Assembly: GCA_951406725.2 (NCBI GenBank)
Contig: OX597823.1
Span: 56,420,001 to 56,484,000, forward strand
Length of the DNA stretch: 64,000 nucleotides
Source: Octopus vulgaris
Lineage: Eukaryota
Direction: 5' to 3'
The translations under genes and the position numbers were made by a program. The notes under the pieces were generated by a model that saw only the letters and a program-made list of their open reading frames with translations, was not told where the DNA came from and searched no databases. Positions 12,793-26,035 of the stretch are shown piece by piece; position 1 is the stretch's first letter, and every line of letters starts with the position of its first letter.

Positions 12793-14262
12793 TAGCTTAA
12801 ATTAAATAAATTTCCCTGCACCATACTGACCACTTTAAAAACCTTCTATTAACCTTTGACCACACATGAAAGCAAGCAGCTACCCATCATTTTTCTGAAA
12901 TATTTCAGCCTTTATCAATTTGAACTACCTGTCACTCAACCAAGCCAGTGACGGGGCATCAATGTGTTCATTTGATTTGTTGGAAATAGCAGCCAAATTT
13001 CCAAATTATACTCTTTTTATTTTTATGAGAAAACAAGAAATATCATGTTGGACATTGTAGGTTTAGATGTACTAGATTTGCCACGAGGTTGGGGTAGAGT
13101 GGGAGACAAATTGATCATAGCTGTAGTGCCTTAGATCAAAGGTCTGCTGAATCAGAGCTGATCTAAGTCTAAAGTTCAACAGCATGTCACTCTAATTCTA
13201 TGCTCTGGATTGTCTGTTGTTTATGTTTAAAACCTAGATAGGAATTAAAAGAAAAAAAATAAACAGAACTAATTTCTACAGCTGGATGCCCTTCCTGTCA
13301 CCAACTCTCACCTGTTCCCAAGTAAGGTAATATTTCCCATTGCCAGGTATATTTTCCAAAGAAAAAAGGAAATGAACTGCCTTGCTTATATGATGGTGAT
13401 TCTCATTTATGATCATCACATGATGTCAAGATAAGGATACATGCACACACTCACACACACATATAGTTTCCATCTACTAAATCCATTCACAAGGCTGTGA
13501 CCAGCCTGAAGCTATAGTAAAAGACACTTGCCCAAAGTGTCGCTCAGTAGGACTGAACCCTAGATCACATGATTGGGAAGCAAGCTTCTTAATTACAGAG
13601 CCACACCTGTACCTCTACCATCATCATCATATCCATTTCTCACCATCACTATCATCATAACTATTCATTATTTACCATCATTATCATCACATCTTTTCCT
13701 TATAATCATATCCATCTATTTCTTACCATCATCTTCATATTCGTTCATACATTACCATCATCATATCTGTTCATTCTTTATTATCATATCTACCCATTCC
13801 TTACTATTGTTACCATACCTTTCTATTTTGTTTTTATCACCTCCGTCTTCATAATCATCATCATTATCATCATCTCTATCCATTCCATAACCAGTGTCAG
13901 TTATTCTGGGAATTCCAGCCTTCTTCTCCCTCACATCTTTTCATTCCTCTTTAATGGTAACAAGATCTATCTACATTTAAATGTATTTACCAATACACAA
14001 AGACCGGGTTATAAAAATGAAAAACTAAAAAATAACTTATCTCTCACAGTAAGAATATTTGTGTATAACTGTTAACATAGAGGTGCATGTATAGTAAGAA
14101 GCTTGCTTCCAAACCACTTGGTTGCGAGTTCCATTCCACTATGTAACACCTTGAGCAAGTGTCTTCCATAGCCTCAGGGTGACCAAAGCCTTGTGAGTGT
14201 ATTTAGCAGACAGAAACTGAAAGAAGCCCATCATATATATATATATATATTTATTATATATA

Positions 14263-14472
14263 TATATTATATAGAGGGCATTACTATACATTAATGCCAC
14301 ATGCTAGGAGGGAGTCTTCCCTCCTAGCGTGTGGCATTTATGTATAGTAATGCCCTCTATATAATATAAATAAATATATTTAAGTGAAAAAATTGGTGGA
14401 TCTTTTTCTCTTATGAGGTTTTTCACTCTAACTACTTGATAAATTCTTATAAAGATTTTATCTTATTTTTAA

Positions 14473-14477
<5 letters not shown>
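14263..14477. repeat. Near-perfect 51-bp-arm hairpin (4-nt loop) plus ~105-bp tail in (TA)n
   Basis: 14263-14313 pairs with 14318-14368 with one mismatch and one G-U; loop GTCT. Confidence 0.85.
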
Positions 14478-14513
<36 letters not shown>

Positions 14514-14516
<3 letters not shown>

Positions 14517-14899
14517 GCACGTGCCATCAGTAATTAGTCAGGGTAGGCAGTTGGTAACCTTTATATAGTAAAACACATAAAAAATGTGACTGAGTTGAAG
14601 GCAGATTTACTTCTATCTTTATAGCACATAAAAAAAATGGTGTTGTATGAGTGTACACAGCAGGTGTACTACAGCAGTACTATGTGTAGCTTGAATAATG
14701 AGATTGAAAGGCAGGGGTGAATTATGCCTACCTAATCTAAAAAAGAATTAAATATTTTGCATTTTATGCATAGTAATCAGAGTAATCTTCATAATTTTAT
14801 TGAATTAGGCACATATTTTGCCGTAAAAAGAAAATATTGCTATCAATTGATTTTATTCAATGTAGGCACTGCCTACCTTGCCTACCTAGGCGGCATGTC

Positions 14900-14902
<3 letters not shown>
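14514..14902. mobile_element. Degenerate TIR element
   Basis: Left CAGGCACGTGCC...AGGGTAGGCAGT; right ACTGCCTACCTTGCCTACCT..GGCATGTCCCA; sits in (TA)n. Confidence 0.45.
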
Positions 14903-14945
<43 letters not shown>

Positions 14946-15611
14946 ATATTGATGTGTGTTTGTCTCTGTAACTTAGCAGTTTGGCAAAAGAGACCAATAG
15001 AATAAGTATTAGGCTTAGAAAGATTAAGTCCTTGGGCCAATTTCTTTGACTAAAAACCTTTTAAGGCGGTGCTCCAGCATAGCCGCAGTCAGATAACTGA
15101 AGCAAGTAAAAAAAATATCACTATTACTTTAGTCTGCAATTGAACATACAAATAAATAGACTCAGCTATATTGGATTGTGTATGTATGTGTGAGTATTTG
15201 AAATGATGTGTCTGTTGTTTATTTATTCTTCAAGGCGATGAGCTGGCAGAATTGTTAACTCACTGGACAAAATGCTTAGCAGCATTTCGTCTGTCTTTAT
15301 GTTCTGGGTTCAAATTCTGCTAAGGTTGCCCTTGACTTTTATCCTTTTTGGGGGTCAATAAAATAAGTACCAGTTGAGCACTGGAGTTGATATAAGCAAC
15401 TAGCCCTCTCGCCTTAAAATTTTTAGGCCTTGTGCCTTGTATTAGAAAGAATTTTTATTTATTCTCTGACTGGTTTCAGTCATGGAACTGTGGTAATGCT
15501 GGGGTACCACCTTCAAGGGAGTAGTTGATTATATCAGCCATAATACTTGACACATACTATTTTGTCTGTTTTAGAAGAATGCAAATTGATCTGGATGGGA
15601 TTTAGATTTAA

Positions 15612-15832
15612 CCCTTTCGTTACTGTATTTATTTTGAGATGCACTGTATTTCTTTCAATTACTTTAAATATAACAAAGAATTTAGTAAAATAACATTGTT
15701 ATCATTCAGTTAGTGTTAGGAACATAAATTGTGACTAAGGTTTGGTGGAAGATTTTAATTCAAAACTTATGAAAACAAGACATTTGTACTACAGAGCCAG
15801 AGCCGGTTTCAGCCAGGTTGGTAATGAAAGGG
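15612..15832. mobile_element. piggyBac-like MITE
   Basis: TTAA|CCCTTTCGTTAC ... GTAATGAAAGGG|TTAA. Confidence 0.8.
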
Positions 15833-15907
15833 TTAAAATGTAAAGACACATAACAAAATTACCACTAGGTGTTTTGTCAAGTGCTCTACTGACTCTGCCA
15901 TTCACGA

Positions 15908-16347
15908 GTTTGTTCTTTCTTGTTTTTCTTCCAGGTCTTCATACATTTTACTGTTATTACTTGAGTAAAGCTTTAGAGCTTTGGTTCTCAATTAGGGTCA
16001 GTATGACCCCTAAGGCGGTCCATATAAGGATTCTGGGGGTCCCTGTGAATAAAATTTGCTTTAGATGCACTTATTGTGAGAAACAGTTAATTTTTACATA
16101 GTTTATTATGTTTCTGGTCACTGAAGGCGGTTTGTTCTTTCTTGTTTTTCTTCCAGGTCTTCATACATTTTACTGTTATTACTTGAGTAAAGCTTTAGAG
16201 CTTTGGTTCTCAATTAGGGTCAGTATGACCCCTAAGGCGGTCCATATAAGGATTCTGGGGGTCCCTGTGAATAAAATTTGCTTTAGATGCACTTATTGTG
16301 AGAAACAGTTAATTTTTACATAGTTTATTATGTTTCTGGTCACTGAA
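15908..16347 (+). repeat. Exact 218-bp tandem duplication with a 4-nt junction insert
   Basis: 15908-16125 equals 16130-16347, separated by GGCG. Confidence 0.95.
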
Positions 16348-16571
16348 ACCTGTTCCCTCAGAGAGGGCTACTGCAAACCTGCGCAAGTATGTGTTGTCCC
16401 AGCATGGCTATGGCCTTAAAGTTGAAATGTGTGCATGAATAAAAGAATAAAGTGTATGCGTGAGAAACAAAATGGAAATTTTGAAAGAAGTATCCATAGA
16501 ACTAGTTTTTAAACACTGAATGGAAATAGAGCTCAACAAGAATAAAATAATAATCAAAAGGGGTCCAAAGA

Positions 16572-16733
16572 TAGGTGCAGTCGTAGCTGTGTGATAAGAA
16601 ACTTGCCTCTCAACCATATGATTCCAGGTTCAGCCCCACAGCATAGCACCTTCTACTATAGCCTCAGATCAACCAAAGCCTTGTGAGTGGATCTGATAGA
16701 TGGAAACTGAGAGAAGCCTGTCATATGTATGTG

Positions 16734-16764
<31 letters not shown>

Positions 16765-16950
16765 CTGTGTACATGTGTCTTTGCGTCTTGTCCTCCCTCC
16801 TTGTTTGACAACCAGTTCAACAAAGAGATCGATAGAATAAGTACCAGGCTTTAAAAATAAAATAAGTACAGGGGTTAATTCATTCAACTAAAAATTCCTT
16901 CAAAGCAGTGCTCCAGCATGGCTGCAGTCTAATGATTGAAACAAATAAAA
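16572..16950 (+). mobile_element. Family-A SINE, diverged
   Basis: Collinear with the family-A consensus; poly(A) tail. Confidence 0.75.
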
Positions 16951-19020
16951 AAAAAAAAAAAAAAGGCACAGCTTTAGAGTGTCAGATGAAAGAAAAAAAC
17001 TGTGCCTTGCAGTATTTATTCTGGTTCCTTGCATTCTGAGGTTAGACCCCCCCCCCCCCGAGGTCAGCTTTGTTTTTCATCAAGTGTGGCTAAGCACCCA
17101 ACTTGTTCTGGGATGTATGGCCCATCTGATTCCTCTCCTTCCATATTTCTCTGCTTTACTTCTCCCCCTTCTTTTTTTTGTTTTTTTTTTTTGCTTTGTT
17201 TCCTTTCTTATCTCTTTTCTTTAGGGTTTCTTTGTTTGAAAACTGTTTTGGTTTTATTGATAAAAGGACTTCAGAATTTGAATATTAGTTTCTAGACAAA
17301 CCCAATAAAGAAATACAATTAGATAAACGAATTTGTAGAGAGCAAGTTGCTACACTGTCGTATGAAATCCAAAAACCATGTGGCCCCAAAACAAATTTAG
17401 TAAATACATAGCCATGCCTATCTGAATTAAACAGGATTGTCATATTTGGCATGGATGTATTCAATCCATAAGTCTGCTCAGTCAAGGGCTGGGCTTGGTT
17501 GGGCTAGCCTAGGGCTAAACAATAACAACATTGACTAGTATTGCAGAGTCCATTTTATTTTATTGAAATCTTAAGAATAGGCAGTGTTTTTTTTTTTCTC
17601 TCTCTCTCTCTCTCAGTCCTTCCTCTTTCACTCCAAAGTATTTAGAGGCAGGTGCCTGTTCACAGAAACCTCTATTTGTTTATTACCACTGAATGAGCTG
17701 ACAGCTAGTAAAGACATCACTTTAATTGTGCTGTGAATACACAAAACTTAACTCCTTTCCTCCCTTTTTTTTTTTTTTTTTTTCCTTTCCTTTAACTCCA
17801 GTGAAGTGAATGTGTATGACCACCTCCCACTCCTTTTAAAATTTATTTTTGATTTAATTTATTTTTAATGAGCTATCTAATGCACTAAATGCCTCCTCAT
17901 ATAACATCTCACCTTAATTTGTTTGAGAGAGAGCGAGAGAGAAAGAGAGTGTGTGTGTCTTATATTTCTGCTATCACTTCTCTTTTGCTCTGCTACATCA
18001 GCCATTCCTGGCTATGGAAAACAGACCAATTCTCTTTCATTCATTCTTTCTGCTGCTGTTGCCTTAATTTTAGATGTAAAGATAGCAATAGAGTGTGCAT
18101 ATGAGAGAGGCAGTGGGTGGGAGTGGGGGTGGTAAAGGAGTCTTCAGTTCTCGTATCCTTTCTACTCAAGTTATGGTATTAAAGAGATAAAAATAAATAA
18201 GATCTTGTTCTTGGTGTGCAGCCTTCAAACAAATCGTTTTGTTTCGTTTTTGTTACATTTTCAGAGATGTGTGGTGGAAACAATTTAATTGCCCCAATAA
18301 TTATCTTCGGTTATTACTGTGAACATCAAGAATGGATGTTCCTTCCTTTATTTATTTAATATTTTATTTTGTACTTTGATTCAAAGTCTTTTGTTTCTTA
18401 TATTATTTTGTTTTATTGAAGTTTTTTTCTTTCTTTTTTTTTTTTTTTTCAATGTTGTTGGCTCAATATGCAAGGAGATAGGAAACAACAACAACAACAA
18501 AAAATCCTCTGCTATTTTGGCATGTGGAAGTTGATGAAAGCTTTTAAATTATCCTTTTAGAAACCAATAATCAATATATATAAAATGCCACATTTGCCTG
18601 TCTGACTGTAGCTTTTGTACATGTGTAAACTCTTCTTATACAATCTCCACCTTTATAACCTATTAAGGCAAGTGGAATATGACATCATATCTAGTGTTTA
18701 AAGATAGTATTTGATTTCATTCCTTTTTTTTTTTTTTTAGCATGCAAATTCTTTTAATGAACTTCAACTAAATACGATTATTAAAATATAAGAATTTAAT
18801 AACAATTATTGCATTTTATCTTTACTTTATATATTTGACATTCTCTCTTAGCAGTTATGAAAAGTGTTGATTAAATAAGCCAAATCTTTGCTTGAAAATT
18901 TTGTTCTAAGTAAAATTCCTTTAATCTTTGCATATCTTATTTTTATTGAAATGCACCACCTATGTGTTTCAATTAATTTAGAAAATAATGAGGTCGGAGG
19001 AACTTAATAAAATCACAGCA

Positions 19021-19600
19021 GTTACATTGTGGGAGAGCAATTTAAAAACATGCAAAATCCAGTTGCATTAATTTTTTATTTTATTTCTTGAGGTTTCAAA
19101 ATTTTCATTTCACAACTGTAGCTTGGGCTCTGATATAGTTTCCCTGCAACACAATTCCTATGAATTACCATGGAATCAGAGTCTCTGCAGGTTGTGCTGC
19201 TACTTCTCTCTCTGCATTGAGAGGTCACGGCTCAGGTACTATGGACATGTGATTCCAATGTCACAGGAAAGAATTGCAAGATGGATTCTTCAAGTTAAAT
19301 CAGCCGACAGGAGACTTAGAGGTAGAGCAAGAACAAGGTGGTTGGATAACATCGATAGTCTCAGCTGGTCATGCTTGGCAATCTAGCCAGAAAGTCTTAT
19401 GTTGGTTGCTTGTGATTGGACCTTGTGGAAGAGGTCCTTGAGGACTCTACCTCCACAACCCTCTCAGAAATAGTGGGGGGAAAGATGGATGGATTGATGG
19501 ACATGTCAGTGATAAGGTCGCAGTTGTGCGACAGAAATTTTAACACCTCAAAGAATAAATGGAAACTGGATTTTGTCTGTTTTTAAATGGCTAATGTGAC
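19021..19600. mobile_element. TIR element (~100-bp arms) enclosing the RTE fragment
   Basis: 19021-19124 (..TTTAAAAACATGCAAAATCCAGTT..TTGAGGT..AAAATTT..CACAACTG) is the reverse complement of 19515-19600. Confidence 0.6.
19195..19500 (+). mobile_element. RTE-like LINE 3' fragment
   Basis: ERSRLRYYGHVIPMSQERIARWILQ...RRLRGRARTRWLDNI matches the RTE-type C-terminal LRWxGHV...RxRGRPxxRWxD motif. Ends in a (GATG)n tail. Confidence 0.85.
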
Positions 19601-20302
19601 TCTTCTACAATATAATAATTACTTCATGTATAATACTCAGTCTCAAATCAAAATCACTTACAAGACAAGTGCAACTACTTCATAAAATAGCTTTTTCATC
19701 ATTAAGTTGGCATTCGAAATATAACTTATCAAAAAAGATACTTTATAAAATTAGAATGGGCATTTTTTTTTTTAGATATGAACTCTTAAAAAGTGGATTT
19801 TGTATCAAAGAACTAGGGACTATCACTGGGAGATTGTTGTCAAAATGGTTTTAAAGGATACTCTTAAAATTGGAATCAACTTTAAACAGAAGCATTCTAG
19901 AAAAATATGAATTTTACTGATTTTTCAAAATTTAAATCAGATTCGATAAATTTTCTTTCTTCCATTTCTAAAATGTTCCTATGTTTTCTTGTTTAGAGTT
20001 TGGTTATTTATTGGTAAATGATTGGGTTAATTCTTCAAAAGTGCACTTTGTGTACTTGTGTATATGTGTCTGTGTGTGGTTGTCATTGTTTAATTGTTTC
20101 AACCTTTAATCTCTGACCTTTGAATGACTTGTGTCCTGTCCACTTAGCTTCTTACAATGACCTCACTTTTCTCTTGAACATACCAACTCTACATCATTCT
20201 CACTGCACACTGTATTGTTTCTTATATCACTCAAATACTTTAGCTCAAAATCTAGTGAACACTTTTGTCTTCTCTGATGTTCATTATATATATATATATT
20301 TA

Positions 20303-20541
20303 TGGGGTTGGCCAAAAGTCACCTGACAGTAAATCAAAATTCCATAAATATTTAATATTCAATTTTATTTATTCATTCCAATTATGGATGTTTAATAATT
20401 GAATGTTGTTAGTTAAAATCACCATCTTTTTTTTCAACATTTGTCTATTTATTAGTGAGGTTACATATAAAATAATTTTTTGTTTTAATCTTGGAATTAA
20501 ATGGTTTTGATGTACTGGCAGGTGACTTTTGGCCAACCCTG
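20303..20541. mobile_element. Tc1/mariner-type MITE
   Basis: TIR GGGTTGGCCAAAAGTCACCTGACAGTA with its complement at the right end, TA flanks. Confidence 0.8.
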
Positions 20542-20563
20542 TATATATGTATACACACACACA

Positions 20564-21920
20564 CAGGGTGGGCCATAGTGATTGGACTCATTTTAAATGC
20601 TAGTATCTTGGATTATAAAAATGACGTAGAGTACCAAATACATTTATTACATGACTGAGCTACAGGAGTTCAACATATTATCTAAAATTTGAATATTACA
20701 TCCTAGAGATGGTCACCACCATAAAGAGAACATTCACAAGCTCACTTTCTCATATCAGGCACACTGCAGTGTAGTATATCAACTGGAATGGCTGCAATCT
20801 CTCTACAAATGCTTTGTTTTAGTACTGCTGTTGTGTAGGGTCTTGTGTATACTCTATCATTGAAGTGACCCCATAGAAAGCAGTCCACTTGGATTAGATC
20901 TAGTGGTTTGGATGGCCAGTGGATATCATCAAATCTCAAAATGAAATGTCTGGGAAATTGTTCTCAAAGAGTTGTCCTTGACAGTTGTGCTGTATGACAA
21001 GTGACACCATCTTGTTGTATCCAGATCTGTGTCAGGGCATGCCATATGGTTGTAGCACCCAGCAGTTACCATTACAGCTGCACCATGTTCATCTTCAAAA
21101 AAGTAAGGACCAATCACACATGCACACCACACTAATCCTCTCATTGTGCAAAGGCCTTTAATACATGATTTGAGGACTTTCACAACCTCAAAACCTACAA
21201 TTTTGTTTATTAACATGCCCAGAAAGGCTAAAATGAGCTTCAGCTGATGTGATCAAGTGATGGATAAAATCCTTGTCCCCACTGCACATATTGACAAACC
21301 AATCATTAAAAGTCTGCACTATCTGTACCTTATATGGACACAAGTTTAGGTCTTGTTTTAAAATATTTTTGACATTGGGTCGTGAAATATTCAACTGCTC
21401 AGCCAATCAGCGAGGTTGACCTGGGGAGTTTTTCTTCTTTGTACTGCCTGCTTCACAGGCGTTTGTAATAGCACATAAGATCACCTTTCGGGATGATGCC
21501 TATCGTTTTCCAACATGCTTCGGAATTTTCTTTGGGCTACAACAATGGATCTTTAGATGGTGAAGTATGCTTCGACCATGTATGCAATTTCTTTTGGAGT
21601 CCATGACATTATGAGGGTCACCGACACCAACTACCTGTAAAAAATATTCAAATCTTAGATGATATGTTGAACTCCTAACAAGAACTCACTACTTGAACAA
21701 AACTGGATACAACTCACCCAACAAGAACTCACTACTTGAACAAAACTTGACTTAAACAGGATTCGAATAATCCTATCAGGTGGTGCTATTAAGTTAGACA
21801 TGGCCTGGACCAATCTTTGGTCGAAACATATCTAAGTTTATCTAAGTCTAAGTTTTATGTCATTTGTATAATGCCAGATACTAGCATTTAAAATGTCTCC
21901 TGTCATTATAGCCCACCCTG
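20564..21920 (-). mobile_element. Tc1/mariner-superfamily transposon relic (DDxD transposase pseudogene, maT/DD37D-like motifs)
   Basis: TIRs CAGGGTGGGCCATAGTGA..CATTTTAAATGCTAGTATCT at left and the complement ending GCCCACCCTG|TA at right. Broken frames give LNLCPYKVQIVQ, SAEAHFSLSGHVNKQNCR, VIGPYFFEDE, WIQQDG and WPSKPLDLIQVDCFLWGHFNDRVY. Confidence 0.9.
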
Positions 21921-22415
21921 TATATCTATTTATTTATCTATCTATCTATCTATCTGTATGTGTGTGTGTATAAACACTCACACACATATAAAGGTTACAC
22001 TAAGTAGTGAAGATTAAAATAATGCTGTAAACATATTTGTACATGTTTGGTACATCTGTGTCTACTGAAATTTGGAAAAAACCTTCACTGCGGTAACTGT
22101 CACTAGAAAAAAAATTTTCCTAATAGATGATATTTGCAAAAAACACTCCAAGTTGAACCAAAATGACATCGTCAGACTGTAGAAAACATGTTTCTGCTTC
22201 ATTATACTTCATCAGCTACAGACAGTGAATCTGTTGTTTAAAGCCCACTAAAAACTGCTTTTCTTATATGTAAACAACAAATAATAGATTTACTGGCATG
22301 TGTAAAGTGTTATCAAAGCTAGAATTAATTAATAAAAGGCTCACTAAGCAGCAATAATTAAAATAAAGCTATGTACATTTATTGTTCTCAGCTCTCCTTC
22401 TTTCTCTACATATAT

Positions 22416-22470
<55 letters not shown>

Positions 22471-23327
22471 TATAGATAGATATATCTATATATATATATA
22501 TATGTATGTATATATATATATATAGATAGATAGATAGAGAGAGAACCACATGGTTGGAGTTTTCCCTTACTGCATAGATGTAGTTGGCTACTTGTGAATG
22601 AAATTTGGCAGATGGAAACTGGGAGTATATTATATATACATACATGTGTTTGTGTGCTTATGCATGACTGAGTTTGTATTACTTTTGTTTCAACATGTGT
22701 ATGCTGATTGTAGACAAAACCTCATCAGCCTTACATAGTGCACTCAGAGCTGAGTGCTTATGCAATTGTTTCTTCAGAGTAGTTAAAACGAAGTGCATTA
22801 ATTAATATTTCACTCTGTACTTTCCTAAAACATGAATATATTGAGTTCTAACAACTGGTTATTAAGATTGCTATGCCTAGGCAAAATCATAAAATATACT
22901 TGTATGTAATCAGTCACACATACATAATGTATGTGTTTTCTTTATACACCACACATGCTGCAGTATAGCGTCCAGGAAATACTCCCTACACAACACCAAG
23001 TGTTAAAGAACACCTGAATTTCACAGACTAGGCAAGATAACTTGCCTTGGATGGCTGAGAATGGTAGATACTGATATTTCACTATTATTGTGGCTTATCA
23101 ATTACCACAAACTCGGATCATCTCGAAATAAAGTGAACAGGTGGTGTGGGGCTTATATGCAAACAGATAGAAGTCTATTTGCTGATGTGCTGGGGCGTAG
23201 CACATGTGGAAGTAGTAAATAAAATTATGGATTAAAAGCAGCTCTAGTTATGTTAAACATTATCAGTCACACATGCATAATATCTGTTTTTATAATAGTT
23301 CCACCTGTGACTAATGAGCAGTGAGCT

Positions 23328-23377
<50 letters not shown>

Positions 23378-23590
23378 CAGGGTTGGCCAAAATTCCATAA
23401 ATACTATCTGTAATTCTGTATTGACTTGAATGGAAAAATGTGTTGCTCAAGAAGGATTTCAGTTTGAACAATCTTTATGATGTTTCATATTTAGATGCTT
23501 TTATTAAATTCATTCAGTTGTTAAACATAAATAAATCTTGGAAATAAATGGTTTTGATTTACTGTCAGGTGATTTTTTTGGCCAACCCTG
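23378..23590. mobile_element. Tc1/mariner-type MITE, same family as 20303-20541
   Basis: TA|CAGGGTTGGCCAAAA ... TTTTGGCCAACCCTG|TA. Confidence 0.8.
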
Positions 23591-23630
23591 TACATGTGTG
23601 CATGTACACATACACACATGTTGGATTTCT

Positions 23631-24011
23631 TGGAAGCACTCCGTCGGTTACGACGACGAGGGTTCCGGTTGATCCGATCAACGGAACAGCCTGCTCGTGA
23701 AATTAAAGTGTAAGTGGCTGAGCACTCCACAGACACGTGTACCCTTAACGTAGTTCTCGGGGATATTCAGCGTGACACAGAGAGTGACTAGGCCGGCCCT
23801 TTGAAATACAGGTACAACAGAAACAGGAAGTAAGAGTGAGAGAAAGTTGTGGTGAAAGAGTACAGCAGAGATCACCACCATCCCTGCTGGAGCCTCATGG
23901 AGCTTTAGGTGTTTTCGCTCAATAAACACTCACAACGCCCGGTCTGGGAATCGAAACCGCGATCCTACGACCGCGAGTCCGCTGCCCTAACCACTGGGCC
24001 ATTGCGCCTCC
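23631..24011 (-). mobile_element. Family-D tRNA-derived SINE, full length, with 12-bp TSD
   Basis: Minus head GGAGGCGCAATGGCCCAGTGGTTAGGGCAGCGGACTCGCGGTCGTAGGATCGCGGTTTCGATTCCC (A and B boxes); TSD TGTTGGATTTCT at 23619-23630 and 24012-24023; CpGs intact. Confidence 0.92.
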
Positions 24012-24933
24012 TGTTGGATTTCTAAACAGTTATTGTCAAGCAAATTCCACTCAAGGCAATAGTATGTTTACTTGAGTTTATAGTAGAAGACACCTGCCCA
24101 AAATGCCATGCGGTGGGACTGAACTCCAAACCACATGCTCATCAAGTGAACTTCTTAACAACAGTCATGGCCCTACTCCTCTCTCTTTCTAACCCACACA
24201 CATCTTTCCTCTTTTAATTGTTTCAGTCATTAGACTGTGGCCATGCTGGGGCACCACCTTGAAAAATTTTTAGTTGAATTTTTAGTCAACCAACCCCAAT
24301 ACTTGTTTAAGCCTGGTACTTATTCTATAGGTCTCCCTAGCTGAACTGCTAAGTTATGGGGACATAAACACAACAGGCTTCTTTCTATTTCTGTCTACCA
24401 AATCCTTTCACAAGGGCTTTTGTCAGCCCAAGTCTAATAAAGAAGACACTAGCTGAAGGTGCCATGCTGTGACACTGAACTCTGAACCATGTGGTTGAGA
24501 AGCAAGTTTCTTGCCGCACAGCCATGCCTGCACCTGCAAGCTTACATACATTGATTAATTAATCATGTATTTTATTTTGGTCCAGTAAGTCTCATGCTAT
24601 TCTGAGATTTTGACTGTGTGCACAGGGTTTTCACTCCTACCGAAGCAAAGCACACTCTTCCTTTCCTCTTCTTCTCTTTTCCACTTTTCTTTTTCTTCCT
24701 TCTTTTCCCCTTTCAGCACATTTTCTCTCCACCATCATACTCCTAGGACTGGAACCCTATATTCTATTTATATGTGCAAAATCCATCATTCTTTTCCACT
24801 TGTAAAATTGCCTGAAGACCCTCGCAGGAGACTAACTCTACCAAAATAAAATACATTATGTAATCTTTACTATGATATTGAATACTCTCCCCCGTCCCTG
24901 ACATGCACCACTGAACTACAACATACACCTACA

Positions 24934-25106
24934 TCTCTCTATATATAAATGGCAGTTTGTCTGTGTGTGTTTCTGTGTGTCTGTTAGGTTGTACCCTCAC
25001 CCTGACCACGGCTTTCAACCGATTCTGATGAAACTTGACACACACATAAAAATGCTTTATAGTTATTTCCCTTACAAACCCGAGCAACGCCGGGCGATAC
25101 TGCTAG
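24934..25106 (+). mobile_element. Non-autonomous Helitron
   Basis: A|TC 5' end, subterminal GC hairpin CCCGAGC-AAC-GCCGGG, CTAG|T 3' end and no TSD: canonical Helitron hallmarks. Confidence 0.8.
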
Positions 25107-25351
25107 TACATATATATATATATACATACATGTAATATATTTAGTAATAGCTGGAGAAAGGAAATATTCTTTTTGTCTATTAAAATGCACAATATCTAGA
25201 ATTAGGATTTATTTTATTTAGGCCTTTTGTCTTTATTATTGAATGTGAAAAATATTTTGAATTTTATTGCGACACAACCCCATACATTCATGCAACAGAT
25301 TGTACTGGATTCCAATATTACCAGTATCGTTCATGAGAAACCTTGTAAATG

Positions 25352-25575
25352 ACCTATCGTGGCCGATGCCGGACCCCCCTGGCACCTGTGCAGGTGGCAC
25401 GTAAAAAGCACCCACTACACTCGCGGAGTGGTTGGCGTTAGGAAGGGCATCCAGCTGTAGAAACTCTGCCAGATCAGACTGGAGCCTGGTGCAGCCCCTG
25501 GCTTCCCAGACCCCAGTCGAACCGTCCAACCCATGCTAGCGCGGAAAACGGACGTTAAACGATGATGATGATGAT
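25352..25575 (+). mobile_element. Family-C retroposon
   Basis: GGTGGCACGTAAAAAGCACCCACTACACTC..GGCGTTAGGAAGGGCATCCAGCTGTAGAAA...GGACGTTAAACGATGATGATG. Confidence 0.85.
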
Positions 25576-26035
25576 GTACTTTCAGTTTCCGTCCAACAAA
25601 TGTACTCATAAAACTTGGGGCTATAGTATTCGATATTTGCCCAAGATGCCACCCAGTCGGACTAAACCTGGTACCAAGTGATTGACAAGCAAGCATCTTA
25701 ACCACACAACCGTGCGGGAAAAGAAAAAAGAAGTGTGTACCAGTGTAAAATATCCATGCTGTTGTATTGAACTCAGCACTTCACGCTAACTACACTAGTT
25801 AATTACTCATTACTGCTCTTCCAGTGGTGAGCTTTACCTGCTCCACATGGTACCTATTAACAGCTACACAGAAAGAGCCATCCAGTATGTAACGTCTTGA
25901 ACGTATACAGACATACGCGTTATCCACCTACACTCATGTATACTATATCCATTGCCTATTTGGGGGGGGGGGGTGTATATGTGTGTGTGTGTGTATATAT
26001 ACATGCATTGAGGGATATATATGTGTATATACATA

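Noticed and set aside
14263-14368. Canonical pre-miRNA
   Set aside because: The stem is longer and more perfect than typical animal pre-miRNAs, has a 4-nt loop and sits in a TE/microsatellite context; kept as a fold-back.
23935-24011. tRNA gene on the minus strand
   Set aside because: It has A and B boxes but continues into a 380-bp element with a TSD and dispersed copies, so it is a SINE head.
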